Origin: Kofleriaceae bacterium
GTDB taxonomy: Bacteria; Myxococcota_A; Polyangia; Haliangiales; Haliangiaceae
Direction: 5' to 3'
DNA: 64,000 nucleotides
Assembly: GCA_036490935.1 (NCBI GenBank)
Contig: DASXCY010000002.1
Location: 2,716-66,715, forward strand
This document shows positions 44,999-54,041 of the stretch, one piece after another (positions within the stretch are counted from its first letter, which is position 1; every line of letters begins with the position of its first letter). Position numbers and translations under genes: made by a program. The notes beneath the pieces were generated by a model. The model saw only the letters and a program-made list of their open reading frames with translations. It had not been told where the DNA came from and ran no database searches.

Positions 44999-45851
44999 AC
45001 GCGTGCGGTAGCAGCAGCTCGCCGCCGGGTGCGAAGATCACGAGCACGTCGACGGTCTCGCCGGCCGTGCCGCCGGGCGCCTGGACGACAAGCTCGTGGT
45101 CGTTCGCGAACCGCACGATCGACCCCTGTCGCGAGCCGAAGTACACCTTCGCCGCGCGCGGGCCGTCGGACGTGAAGCCGGAGCCGCGAAGCAGCACGAA
45201 CGTGGCGCCCGCCGCATCGCCGTGCGCCGGCTCGAGGCCCGTGATGGCGAGCTGTCCCGCGGCGGGTGAAGCCGAACCCGAACATTCCGCAGGCACGGAC
45301 TTGCCGGCCTCCTGCACGTCGCTGACGAAGTTCGTGATGATGTTGTCGCACGCGTCGGACCGAAACAGCGGGCCGAACTCGCCGGCCTCGCGGTTCTCGA
45401 TGCCGAGCACGGCGCTCGCCGCGCGATAGCAGAGGCGCGCGCGATCGCACTTCGCCTTCACCGCCGGGATGATGGCGTCGAGCTCCGCGGATCGCGCGGG
45501 CGAGGCGCGATGCGCGCCGAAGCCGCGGGTGAAGTCCAACCGATCGCCGACGAGCTCGGCCGCCTCGTCCTGGCCGATCCCGGTCACGGTCACGTGCGAG
45601 CCGACGATCGTCACCCGAGCCACCTCGTAGGCGGGGATCGTCGGCATCACGAGGTAGGCCGGCTCGCCGCCGAGCCGGAGCGCGGCCCCACCGAGGACAC
45701 CGGCGTCCTCGACCTCGTCGATCTCCCACCAGCTCGACGCCGGCGCCGCGGCAACTGCGGGCGCTGCGGGCGCTGGATGATCCACATCGTTCCGCGCGTG
45801 ACCGCAACCCGCGAGCCCTGCGATCGCGACGATGATCAAGTCACGCATCAC
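44976..45851 (-). CDS. Lipoprotein with C-terminal IPT/TIG-like domain (291 aa)
   Basis: MMRDLIIVAIAGLAGC. C-terminus ITGLEPAHGDAAGATFVLLRGSGFTS..KVYFGSRQGSIVRFANDHELVVQAPGG. The 3' end overlaps the convergent MFS gene by 23 nt. Confidence 0.8.
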   Translation of the reverse strand: MMRDLIIVAIAGLAGCGHARNDVDHPAPAAPAVAAAPASSWWEIDEVEDAGVLGGAALRLGGEPAYLVMPTIPAYEVARVTIVGSHVTVTGIGQDEAAELVGDRLDFTRGFGAHRASPARSAELDAIIPAVKAKCDRARLCYRAASAVLGIENREAGEFGPLFRSDACDNIITNFVSDVQEAGKSVPAECSGSASPAAGQLAITGLEPAHGDAAGATFVLLRGSGFTSDGPRAAKVYFGSRQGSIVRFANDHELVVQAPGGTAGETVDVLVIFAPGGELLLPHAFTFEAKP

Positions 45852-46270
45852 GCGCGCGAGCGTACACGAGATGCGCTAAGCGCGCGCAGCCGTTCGATCG
45901 ACCGCGCGGCAGGAGCTGGCCGCAGCTGCCACGCCTGGATCGTGACCTGGCGCTGGGCATCGCGGCGCGCCGCGGCCAGCGCGTTGGCGAACAGGCCGAT
46001 CACCACGATGATGAGCACGTTGGTGCCGACGAGCAGCGCGATGGTCGCGCCGCCGCCGACGTGCACGACGGACGAGGACGCGCTGACGACGCCGTCACGA
46101 ACGCTCCACGTCTCGGCGAGGATGCCGAGCCGCTCGGGCACGACGGGGACGAGCCAGCTCGCGGCCATCATGCCGAGCACGATCCACTTGCGGCCGATGC
46201 GCTGGGCAGCGGCTAGTGCGTATGCACGTGCGGTTCGGTCGGTGCCGGTGCTGGTGATCCATCCGACCAC
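45848..46270 (-). pseudogene. C-terminal fragment or paralog of the multi-TM membrane protein family seen at 63367-64000
   Basis: RIGRKWIVLGMMAASWLVPVVPERLG..ALLVGTNVLIIVVIGLFANALAAARRDAQRQVTIQAWQLR aligns by eye with HRRVAPAWMLVVACTAAVLIPWLLGDLG..ATLAVWIATRLARDRRDAQRTTQIQAWQLR. The upstream part of the track ORF is Arg-rich junk. Possible starts are GTG 46270 or ATG 46171. Confidence 0.35.
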
Positions 46271-46440
46271 CGCCGCACGGGAACGAACAGCACGGTCGAT
46301 TCGAGCCCGGTGCCTTCGCGGCCGATGATGGGCGAGCTCTCGAGACCGGCGGCCCAGGTCGCCGCCTGGCCGCGCGGCACGAAGAACATCACGCGCGGAA
46401 GCCACGGTCCGGCGGCGTCGTCGCGGCCGGCGAGTCCGAA

Positions 46441-46671
46441 GTGCAACATCATCAAGGCCGAACCGCGACCCGGGCGTTCGGCGTCGTGCTCGCCGCGGTC
46501 TCGCGCGTCGTGTCCCGGCGCCCCGCGCGTCCGTTCGAGATGCTCGCGCTCGCCGCGGCCAATGCATGCCTCGCGGCGCTGCTGTCTCGCGTGTTCGGCC
46601 CGCTGCTGCTCGTGCCCGCGGTCACCTGCGTGATGGCGGTCTCGCTCACCTCGTATCCGAGCCCGAGCTAG
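46441..46671 (+). pseudogene. Opposite-strand fragment resembling the central TM region of the same membrane protein family
   Basis: High-GC3 frame. ..FGPLLLVPAVTCVMAVSLTSYP resembles ..APPLIAPGLAVVVAMATATH of the 63367 protein. There is no credible N-terminus. Confidence 0.25.
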
Positions 46672-46708
46672 CCACTGCCGGTTCCGCGCCCACGCGGGTG
46701 AATGCGGG

Positions 46709-47485
46709 CTAGTCGGTAAGCGGGATGATCGTCGACGAGTCCTGGCTGGCGCCGATCAGATACACCTTCGTGCCGTCGCTGTCCGTGACCTCGGTTTGCG
46801 CGACGCGGACGATCGCCACACCGCCCATCGTGTCGGCGGCGGGGAGCAACGCGAAGGTCGAGGCCGGGATCGCGAACGTGCCCGTGTCGGGCACCATGCA
46901 GACGATGCCGGAGCTGTCGAACATGTCATCCACGCCGGCGATCAGCACCCACATGCCGGGCCCCGCGCCCGCGGTCCACGTCAGGGTGTAGCCAGCGCGC
47001 GACATCGTGGTCGGGCGCGTGAACCCCGCGACGTTCGCGGGTCCGGTGACCGTGCCGGTGAATCCGGCCACCCCGGCGCCGCCCGCGGCGGTCACCGTGA
47101 TCGTCGCGCCCGCGGTGAACAGCGGATACGGCGGCGTCGGGCTCGCTTCATACTTCGCGGGGCTGCCGCCGTAGTCGAGCGTGACCGGCGAAGCCGTGCC
47201 CGTGACGGTGATCGCACCCGCGTCGAGCACCATCGTCGATGCGGAGCCGTTGAGCCCGCAGGGGCCGTCCGTGGCGACGGGCGTTCCGAACACGTTGCCC
47301 ATCACGAATCCCGCGGTCGCCTGGCCGGTATTCTCGGCGCCGTCGTAGCCCTGCAACAGCGTCACGACACCCTGGTTTAGCGACGCCGCATCGATCGATC
47401 TGCTGTCCTGGGCCATCGCCGCATCCGGCTTCGCGTTACTGCTGCCACATGCTGCCAGGACGCACACGATGAAGAGCTCGCGCAT
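46709..47485 (-). CDS. Hypothetical lipoprotein (258 aa)
   Basis: MRELFIVCVLAAC lipobox. Gly/Thr/Ala-rich beta-type sequence. Confidence 0.8.
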   Translation of the reverse strand: MRELFIVCVLAACGSSNAKPDAAMAQDSRSIDAASLNQGVVTLLQGYDGAENTGQATAGFVMGNVFGTPVATDGPCGLNGSASTMVLDAGAITVTGTASPVTLDYGGSPAKYEASPTPPYPLFTAGATITVTAAGGAGVAGFTGTVTGPANVAGFTRPTTMSRAGYTLTWTAGAGPGMWVLIAGVDDMFDSSGIVCMVPDTGTFAIPASTFALLPAADTMGGVAIVRVAQTEVTDSDGTKVYLIGASQDSSTIIPLTD

Positions 47486-47516
47486 GCGGCCCTGTTCCCA
47501 CGCCTGGCCTACACGA

Positions 47517-48323
47517 TCAAGGGGCGAATTCGAGCTCGTAGCTGTCCCACGTGCGTTCGAGCTCGTCGAAATAGTCGACGGCGGCGTGCCGGATGGTGCG
47601 GAACGGCAACACCACGCCGTTCACGGTGCGAAAATCGGTGTATCCGACGCGGAACGTGAATGGGCTCGGCACCGAGGTGGCATCGTCGCGATGACGATCG
47701 GCGATCGTGACCTGCTCCTCGTAGCCGATCTCGAGGTGGCTGGTGACCGAGAAGAAGCGCGTGCGCACGCGGCCGCCGTGCGTGACCAGTCGCACCGCGT
47801 ACGCCGGTTGCCCGTCGAAGTCGGCCACGCCGAGCAAGCGCGCCTCGCGGAACGACTCGCGCCAGCGCAGATCGCGATCGAACCGCGCGTCGAGCGCGTC
47901 GTCCTCGAGCTCGCCGCCGCTCACCGGGTGCCAGTTGCCGTGTTCGTACTCGAGCTCGCTCGCGCCATGCGCGTCGACGTGAATGGAGATCGCGTAGCAG
48001 CCGTCCGAATAGTCGGCGTTGCCGGGCGCCGTCCTTTGCTCGCGCCAGTGCTCGACCGAGCCGTCCTGATGCCGCAACGAGCCTACGCCCCGGATCGCGA
48101 CCAGCCGTGCGAGCCGTGCGCGACCCCCACTGGCGGCGAGCGAGTCCTCGAACACCTGCTCGACGGTGTAATCGAGCACGCGGGCGGGCGCGCGCTCGGC
48201 ACTCCGGGCCGGCGGCGGGCTCGCGCTCGTCGCTCGTGCGCGCGGCACGGCCGCCGCGACGAGCAGCAAGCAGCCGGCGAGCAGAGGTCGGGCTACCGCA
48301 GGGCGTACGAGCTCCATGGCCAT
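47517..48323 (-). CDS. Hypothetical secreted protein (268 aa)
   Basis: ATG 48323 gives MAMELVRPAVARPLLAGCLLLVAAAVPRARA signal peptide. Ordinary composition afterwards. The upstream 103 codons of the track ORF were discarded. Confidence 0.75.
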   Translation of the reverse strand: MAMELVRPAVARPLLAGCLLLVAAAVPRARATSASPPPARSAERAPARVLDYTVEQVFEDSLAASGGRARLARLVAIRGVGSLRHQDGSVEHWREQRTAPGNADYSDGCYAISIHVDAHGASELEYEHGNWHPVSGGELEDDALDARFDRDLRWRESFREARLLGVADFDGQPAYAVRLVTHGGRVRTRFFSVTSHLEIGYEEQVTIADRHRDDATSVPSPFTFRVGYTDFRTVNGVVLPFRTIRHAAVDYFDELERTWDSYELEFAP

Positions 48324-48390
48324 GAGACACCGAACGCGCGGCCCGGGTTGCATTATTTCATCGGTCGCGAGGCGCGGTTCGCGCCACCGG

Positions 48391-49218
48391 TCAGCGCAGC
48401 AGCGACAAGAACAGATCGACGAGTGCCCCGCCGGTGCCGTGCGAAGCGACCAGCGGATCGAGCGAGACTTGCAGCTTGTCGGCGCGCAATTCGTCGCGTT
48501 CACGACGGATCTGCTCGTGCACCCGGTGGAGGTCCTTGCGATGGGCTTCTTCGAGCCCACCCTGCATGACGAACTCGATGATGACCGGCAGCTCGCCGGC
48601 GTCGAAGTACGTGCCGTGCGCGCGGCAGACATCGACGATCACGCCGGATCCGGCCGCGAACAGCGTGCGATTCATGATCTGCGCGCAGATCGGACACTTG
48701 ACGTACATCTTGTCGGCGGGCCGCATCGCGGACAGCTCGTGTTTGGGGAGCGCACCGAGCAGCGTGTCGGCGCGAGACTGCGCGCGGTCCAGGATCACGC
48801 GCTTGATCGCGGTTTGATCGAGGAACAGGCCGAGGCATTTGCTGCACTCGTCGATCACGATGTCGCCGACGAGGCGCGCGCGCATCGCGGTCGCGCAGCG
48901 CGGGCAGGGCCGATCCTTCAACGTCGCGCCGATCGCGGCGACATCGAGCTCGGTGCCGCACTCCGGGCAATGTTTGTGGCCCGCGAACACGCGCGACAGG
49001 CAGCGCGGGCATGCTTTGAGCAACAGCTCCTCGTTGCAGTACTGGCAACGCGATGCGGTCGGCGACACGCCGCCGCCGCAGTGCGGGCACATCAAGAGGC
49101 CGGCTTGCTTCGGCTCGTGCAGCGTCATCATCGTGCCGCACTGGCAGCGGAACTGCTGGCCGTCCTGGTGACCGGTCACGTCATACCGACTGTCGCAAGC
49201 AGGGCACGCCAGGATCAT
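48391..49218 (-). CDS. Zinc-ribbon protein with multiple CxxC pairs and two TFIIB-type zinc-finger-like units (275 aa)
   Basis: ATG 49218. MILACPACDSRY..FRCQCG..CPHCGG..CQYC..CPRC..CPECG. Then PCPRCATAM..IDECSKCLGLFLD and KCPICAQIM..VDVCRAHGTYFDAGEL. Confidence 0.8.
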   Translation of the reverse strand: MILACPACDSRYDVTGHQDGQQFRCQCGTMMTLHEPKQAGLLMCPHCGGGVSPTASRCQYCNEELLLKACPRCLSRVFAGHKHCPECGTELDVAAIGATLKDRPCPRCATAMRARLVGDIVIDECSKCLGLFLDQTAIKRVILDRAQSRADTLLGALPKHELSAMRPADKMYVKCPICAQIMNRTLFAAGSGVIVDVCRAHGTYFDAGELPVIIEFVMQGGLEEAHRKDLHRVHEQIRRERDELRADKLQVSLDPLVASHGTGGALVDLFLSLLR

Positions 49219-49257
49219 CGCGACGATGATAGCGCGATCGCGGCACGCTCGAATCCC

Positions 49258-49782
49258 ATGCCGCGCTCGCGTTACAATCCAGCCGTGCGGCTGGTATGGC
49301 TGTCGATGCTGATCGCCGCGCGGGCCGGCGCCGAGCCGGAGCGGGTCGTGATCGCCGATCTGGGCCTGCACGTGGTCGGCGCCGGCTATCAGCTCCCCGT
49401 CGCCTCGCACGTCGCGCTCCAGCTCGATCTCGAGTCGTACACGCCGTGGACGCAGGAAGCTCGATTCTTCGAGCTGCAAGGCATCGCGGTGCGCGGCCGC
49501 CCCGTGTTCTACGCGAACGCGGATGCCGTGACGCGCTGGTGGCTCTCGCCGTTCGCGCAGGTCGGCATCGGCTGGGCCAAGCGCGACGGCACGCGCCGCT
49601 CCGGCGTGGTGTCAGCCGCCGGCGTGTCGGTCGGCTACGCGTGGCTGCTCTGGGCTCACGTTCACGTCGCGCTCGGCGCCGGTGTCCAGTACGACGACGC
49701 GCGCATTCCCGGCGGTTCGTCCAAGCCGAGCTTCGCGTCGCTATGGCCACAGCTCGACGGCACGCTGGGCTACGCGTTCTGA
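49258..49782 (+). CDS. Small outer-membrane beta-barrel-like protein (174 aa; alternative GTG start 49285)
   Basis: VRLVWLSMLIAARAGA signal-like N-terminus. Alternating beta pattern. C-terminal aromatic ..LDGTLGYAF. Confidence 0.7.
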   Translation: MPRSRYNPAVRLVWLSMLIAARAGAEPERVVIADLGLHVVGAGYQLPVASHVALQLDLESYTPWTQEARFFELQGIAVRGRPVFYANADAVTRWWLSPFAQVGIGWAKRDGTRRSGVVSAAGVSVGYAWLLWAHVHVALGAGVQYDDARIPGGSSKPSFASLWPQLDGTLGYAF

Positions 49783-49824
49783 GGGTCGCGGAACCCAGCC
49801 TGCGTTCTCAGACCCCTGTGATAC

Positions 49825-51714
49825 GTGCTGGAGATGGACGCGCTCGCGATCCTGCACGAGGTTTTCGGCCACGACGAGTTTCGCGCCGGCCAGCGCGAAG
49901 CGATCGACGCGTTGCTCGCGGATCGCGACGCGCTCGTCTTGCTGCCGACCGGTGCGGGCAAGTCGCTGTGCTACCAGGTGCCGGCGATCGTGCGCGCGCG
50001 GCGCGGCGAGGGCGCGACGCTCGTGATCTCGCCGCTGATCGCGCTGATGAACGATCAAGCGAGCGCGCTCGCGGCACGTGGCGTCGCGGTGGCCGCGCTG
50101 CACAGCCAGTGCGACGAGGCCGCGCGCACCGAAGCGGTCGGCCGGCTGATGCGCGGCGAGCTCGCGCTGCTCTACGTCTCGCCCGAGCGCGCCGTGCTCG
50201 ACGGGTTCAAGCGCCTGCTCGGCCGCACGCGCATCGCGATGATCGCGATCGACGAAGCGCACTGCGTGAGTCAGTGGGGCCACGACTTCCGGCCCGAGTA
50301 CATGCGGCTCGCCGAGCTGCGCGCGATCGCGGGCCTCGCGGACGCGCCGTTGATCGCGCTCACCGCAACCGCCACGCCCCGCGTGCTCGCCGAGATCGGC
50401 GACGCGCTCGAGCTGCGCATGCCGGTCGCGATCCGCGGTGATTTTCGCCGGCCCAACCTCGCATTCGAGGTCGTGCAGATCGGCCCGCGCGGCGGCGGCG
50501 ACGAATCACGTCTCACCGCGACGATCGACGCGCTCGATCGCGCCGGCCTGCGCGGCCGCAGCGGTGCGGGCCGCGGCATCGTGTATTGCAGCACGCGCAA
50601 GAAGGCAGAGGAGGTCGCCGCCGCGTTGACAGCCGCGAGCTTTGCGGCCGGCCACTATCACGCCGGCCGCACCGCACTCGCGCGGCAGCGCGCGCAGTCG
50701 GGGTTCGCGCTCGGCCGCATGCGGGTACTGGTCGCCACCAATGCCTTCGGGATGGGCGTCGACTACCCCGACGTGCGCGTGATCGTACATTTCCAGGCAC
50801 CCGGCAGCCTCGAGGCGTACTACCAGGAAGCCGGGCGTGCCGGCCGCGACGGGGAGCCGGCGCACTGCCTGCTGCTCTACGGTGCGGGCGATCTGATGAT
50901 GCAGCGCCGGATCGCACAGCACGGCGCCACCGGCAAGCGGCTGGTGATTCTCGAGGACTCGCTGGCTGCCGTCGCGGTATACGCGACCACCTGGGCGTGC
51001 CGGCAGCGCGGCTTGTGCGCGCACTTCACCGGCACCGCCGATCAGCTCGCGTGCGGCTCGTGCGATGCGTGTCTGGCGCCCGCGGAGGGCGCGCGCCTCG
51101 CGCCGGCGCCCGCGGCCTCCGTGCTCGGCAGCGCGGAGCAGCAGATCATCGTCGCGGCGCTCGCGGCGCACGGCCGCGCGGTCGGCAAGGGCAACCTCGC
51201 GAAGGCGTTGCGGGGAAGCCAAGCCAAGGCGGTCTTGATTCACGGGCTCGATCGGCTCGCGCAACACGGGGCGCTCGCCGCGTGCTCAGAGCCGGACATC
51301 GCCGCGACGATCGAATCGCTGATCCGCGAGCGCCGGCTCGTGCGACGCGGCCGCAGCTATCCGACCGTGGCGTTGCCTGGCCTGGCGAAGGCCGGCGCGC
51401 CGCGCGATGCCCGGGCGCGGCGCGGCCGCGATGGCTCGCCCACGAGCAGCATCACGGTCGAGCTCGATCGGTTTCGCAAGCGCATGGCCCGCGAGCTGCG
51501 CTGGAAGGCGTTCATGGTGTTCCAGCGCAGCGTGATCATCGCGATCGATCGCCACCGCCCGGACTCGCTCGCCGCGCTCGCGCGCATCCCCGGCCTCGGG
51601 CCCAACCGCATCGCGCGCTTCGGCGACGAGCTCGTCGCGATCGTCCGGCGCTACGGTTCGACGGACCGGCCGACGCAGCCCGCTCCGCCGGCATCCACGC
51701 CCGCCGCGGGCTGA
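49825..51714 (+). CDS. recQ: ATP-dependent DNA helicase RecQ (629 aa)
   Basis: FGHDEFRAGQREAI, LLPTGAGKSLCYQ, IDEAHCVSQWGHDFRPEY, LTATAT, VATNAFGMGVDYPDVR, YYQEAGRAGRDG. Zn-binding Cys cluster. C-terminal HRDC-like region (RWKAFMVFQRSVIIAI..IPGLGPNRIARFG). Confidence 0.93.
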   Translation: MLEMDALAILHEVFGHDEFRAGQREAIDALLADRDALVLLPTGAGKSLCYQVPAIVRARRGEGATLVISPLIALMNDQASALAARGVAVAALHSQCDEAARTEAVGRLMRGELALLYVSPERAVLDGFKRLLGRTRIAMIAIDEAHCVSQWGHDFRPEYMRLAELRAIAGLADAPLIALTATATPRVLAEIGDALELRMPVAIRGDFRRPNLAFEVVQIGPRGGGDESRLTATIDALDRAGLRGRSGAGRGIVYCSTRKKAEEVAAALTAASFAAGHYHAGRTALARQRAQSGFALGRMRVLVATNAFGMGVDYPDVRVIVHFQAPGSLEAYYQEAGRAGRDGEPAHCLLLYGAGDLMMQRRIAQHGATGKRLVILEDSLAAVAVYATTWACRQRGLCAHFTGTADQLACGSCDACLAPAEGARLAPAPAASVLGSAEQQIIVAALAAHGRAVGKGNLAKALRGSQAKAVLIHGLDRLAQHGALAACSEPDIAATIESLIRERRLVRRGRSYPTVALPGLAKAGAPRDARARRGRDGSPTSSITVELDRFRKRMARELRWKAFMVFQRSVIIAIDRHRPDSLAALARIPGLGPNRIARFGDELVAIVRRYGSTDRPTQPAPPASTPAAG

Positions 51715-51717
51715 TCG

Positions 51718-52251
51718 TCAGAGCGGCTGCGAGTAGCCGAAGTCGCCGCGGAAACACAGCTGCACGTCGATGGTCCAGTCCTCGACCGGGAGCGTGCCGT
51801 CGACTTCGAGGTCGACGAGCACCGATCCGGACTCGATGTACGCGATCGCGCTCTGCTGGAGCACGGACGGGACGGCGAGCGTGCTGCCGTCGGGCACGCA
51901 GTCGCCGGTGCAATCATAGGCATCGACGGTGGGGAGCATCGCAGCCGGGTTGCCGCTCGCCACGCTGACGTGCGCGGCGTCGATGAAGTCGAGGCTGGAC
52001 ACGCCGCTCGCGGCACTCGCATCGATGCTCACGAACTGGAGATCCTGGACCGAGCTCGCGAGCGCCTGGAGCGCGGCGAGCTTGTCGAAGGTCCAGTCGT
52101 GGTCGACGGTCGTGGTGCCCTGCGCGACTCCATGGATCGTCACGCCGTCGTACGGCACGCACAGATCGGAGACGTCGACCTGCGCCGACACGACGGTGCA
52201 TGCGGATGCGAACGCCACAGGGGCAAACACGAGCAGATGATTCGCAGGCAT
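51718..52251 (-). CDS. Hypothetical lipoprotein (177 aa)
   Basis: MPANHLLVFAPVAFASAC. GGGAGG lies 8 nt upstream of ATG 52251, which is 4 nt after the upstream stop. Confidence 0.7.
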   Translation of the reverse strand: MPANHLLVFAPVAFASACTVVSAQVDVSDLCVPYDGVTIHGVAQGTTTVDHDWTFDKLAALQALASSVQDLQFVSIDASAASGVSSLDFIDAAHVSVASGNPAAMLPTVDAYDCTGDCVPDGSTLAVPSVLQQSAIAYIESGSVLVDLEVDGTLPVEDWTIDVQLCFRGDFGYSQPL

Positions 52252-52255
52252 TCAG

Positions 52256-53104
52256 TCACCTCCCGAAGTGCAGGACCATTCCGATCCGCGCTGACACAGC
52301 CGTGATCGTGACGTCCGGATCGCTGCCTCCAAACGGTGCCGGCATCGCGCCCGAGGTCATCGTCCCGACGACGTGGATCGTGCCGGCGACGCGGGTCACA
52401 CCCGCGCGGATGAAGAAGCGAAGCGCGCGCCGGCCGAGCTCGACCCCGGCGTGCGCATCGACATAGTCGTATCCGACGCGGTCGAGAACCGCGGACGAGA
52501 AGTTAGGATTCTCGGTCACGAGCCGGACGAGTGGGTTCGCGTCGCCGTCGAAGTAGTGGCCGACGTCGACCGAGAGCGTCGGAGTGAGCCAGCGCCGGAT
52601 CGGCTTCCACGCGACGCCGACGCGGACGCCCGGGCTGATGCCGTTGTAGGACATGCCGGCGCTCACCTCGACGGATGGCCGCAGCGGAACGATCACGGCG
52701 GTCGTCGCGCCGTCGGGCACGCCCACGTCAAACGCCAGCGACCAGCCGCGCCGGCGCACCGGCGCGACGAGGTCCGCGATCGCCAGATCGCTCGGCTCGG
52801 CCGCTGCGGCCGGTGCGGCCAGCTCGGCCGCCTCGGTGGGCCACGCCGCGGCGAGCTCCGCCGGCTCCTCGCGCGAGGCCAGTGCGCCGTCGTGGATCGC
52901 AGCGACCGCGACCTCGGGGTGCGCGTGGCTCGGGATCACGGCGCGAGATGCGACCGCCGGCATGGCGATCCGCTCGCCGTGGGGCGAACCGCCGACTTCA
53001 TGCACGGCGAGCTCCGGGACCGGTGGTACGAGCTCCGCCGGCCGCGAGCTACAGCTGATCGCGGCGGTCGCGCTCGCCCACACCGCTGCGAGACCCCGGC
53101 GCAT
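52256..53104 (-). CDS. Hypothetical lipoprotein or outer-membrane protein (282 aa)
   Basis: ATG 53104 gives MRRGLAAVWASATAAISC. The C-terminal half is beta-rich (GWSLAFDVGVPDG..GMSYNGISPGVRVGVAWKP..). Confidence 0.7.
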   Translation of the reverse strand: MRRGLAAVWASATAAISCSSRPAELVPPVPELAVHEVGGSPHGERIAMPAVASRAVIPSHAHPEVAVAAIHDGALASREEPAELAAAWPTEAAELAAPAAAAEPSDLAIADLVAPVRRRGWSLAFDVGVPDGATTAVIVPLRPSVEVSAGMSYNGISPGVRVGVAWKPIRRWLTPTLSVDVGHYFDGDANPLVRLVTENPNFSSAVLDRVGYDYVDAHAGVELGRRALRFFIRAGVTRVAGTIHVVGTMTSGAMPAPFGGSDPDVTITAVSARIGMVLHFGR

Positions 53105-53241
53105 GGTGCCCGACCGTCGAGCAAACGATGTACCGACACCGGCGCGACGGATCTCGCCTGCCACCGCGATCGCGGTGACCGAACGTCATTCTTCTGGATC
53201 CGCTGTCAGATTTCTGAGTGAACGACTGCGGTCGTCGCCGG

Positions 53242-54030
53242 CTAGAACCGGCCGCTCCATGACACGGCCGCGCCGTGTGGCGTTGGCGCGACGAACAGCG
53301 ACGAATGCTCGGTGCGCGAGGCGTGCCAGTACAGCGCGCCGCCCGTGATGACGGCGGCGGCACCGAGCCCGTAGAGCCACCACTGCGCGGTGGCATCGGT
53401 GCGCGCGTACGAGTCGATATCGGAGACGTCACTCCAGACGCAACCGGTCGCGCACGCACCCGAGACTTGATTCGAGAGCGACGCGCTCTTGTAGCCGAAG
53501 AATGCACCCGTGACGATCATCGCGACGCCGACGCCCGCCGTGCCGATGCCGGCATAGCGCTCGAAGTCATGCGAGTCCGCCGTCGCGGGAGCCGATGGCG
53601 TGACGGTCACGGTGGTCGTCGCGATCGGAGGCGATGTCAGCGGCGGCGCGACGGCTGACGCCGGAGTAAGGACGGGCGGCGGCGGAACCCCGGTGTCCCT
53701 GGGAGCGAGCTCGCCGAGTCGCAGGATCGCGAGCGGCGCGAGCTTGCCGCCGGGATCGAGCTTCAAGTACTGATTATAGCCGTCGCGGGCGTCGTCGGTG
53801 TTGCCGAGCAAGCGCGCGCACTCGGCCGCATTGAACAAGAAGGCGGGCTTGTGGCTGAGCTCGAAGCCGGCGAGGAACTCGGCACGCGCTTCGGCGAATT
53901 GACCGCCGGAGTAGAGGCTCTGGCCGCGCTGGTAGTGTGCCTTCGCGGCATCGGCGAGGTGATCGCCGTTGTCGGCAAACGCGACCGAGCTCAGGCACGC
54001 AACGACGAATATCAGGATTGCGGATCTCAT
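53242..54030 (-). CDS. Secreted TPR-like protein with TM segment (262 aa); paralog of 21932-22915
   Basis: ATG 54030 is preceded by GGGAGAG. MRSAILIFVVACLSSVAFA. YQRGQSLYSGGQFAEARAEFLAGFELSHKPAFLFNAAECARLLG. TM segment GIGTAGVGVAMIVTGAFFG. Cys pair. C-terminus ..AAVSWSGRF. Confidence 0.8.
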   Translation of the reverse strand: MRSAILIFVVACLSSVAFADNGDHLADAAKAHYQRGQSLYSGGQFAEARAEFLAGFELSHKPAFLFNAAECARLLGNTDDARDGYNQYLKLDPGGKLAPLAILRLGELAPRDTGVPPPPVLTPASAVAPPLTSPPIATTTVTVTPSAPATADSHDFERYAGIGTAGVGVAMIVTGAFFGYKSASLSNQVSGACATGCVWSDVSDIDSYARTDATAQWWLYGLGAAAVITGGALYWHASRTEHSSLFVAPTPHGAAVSWSGRF

Positions 54031-54041
54031 CGAGCTCTCCC

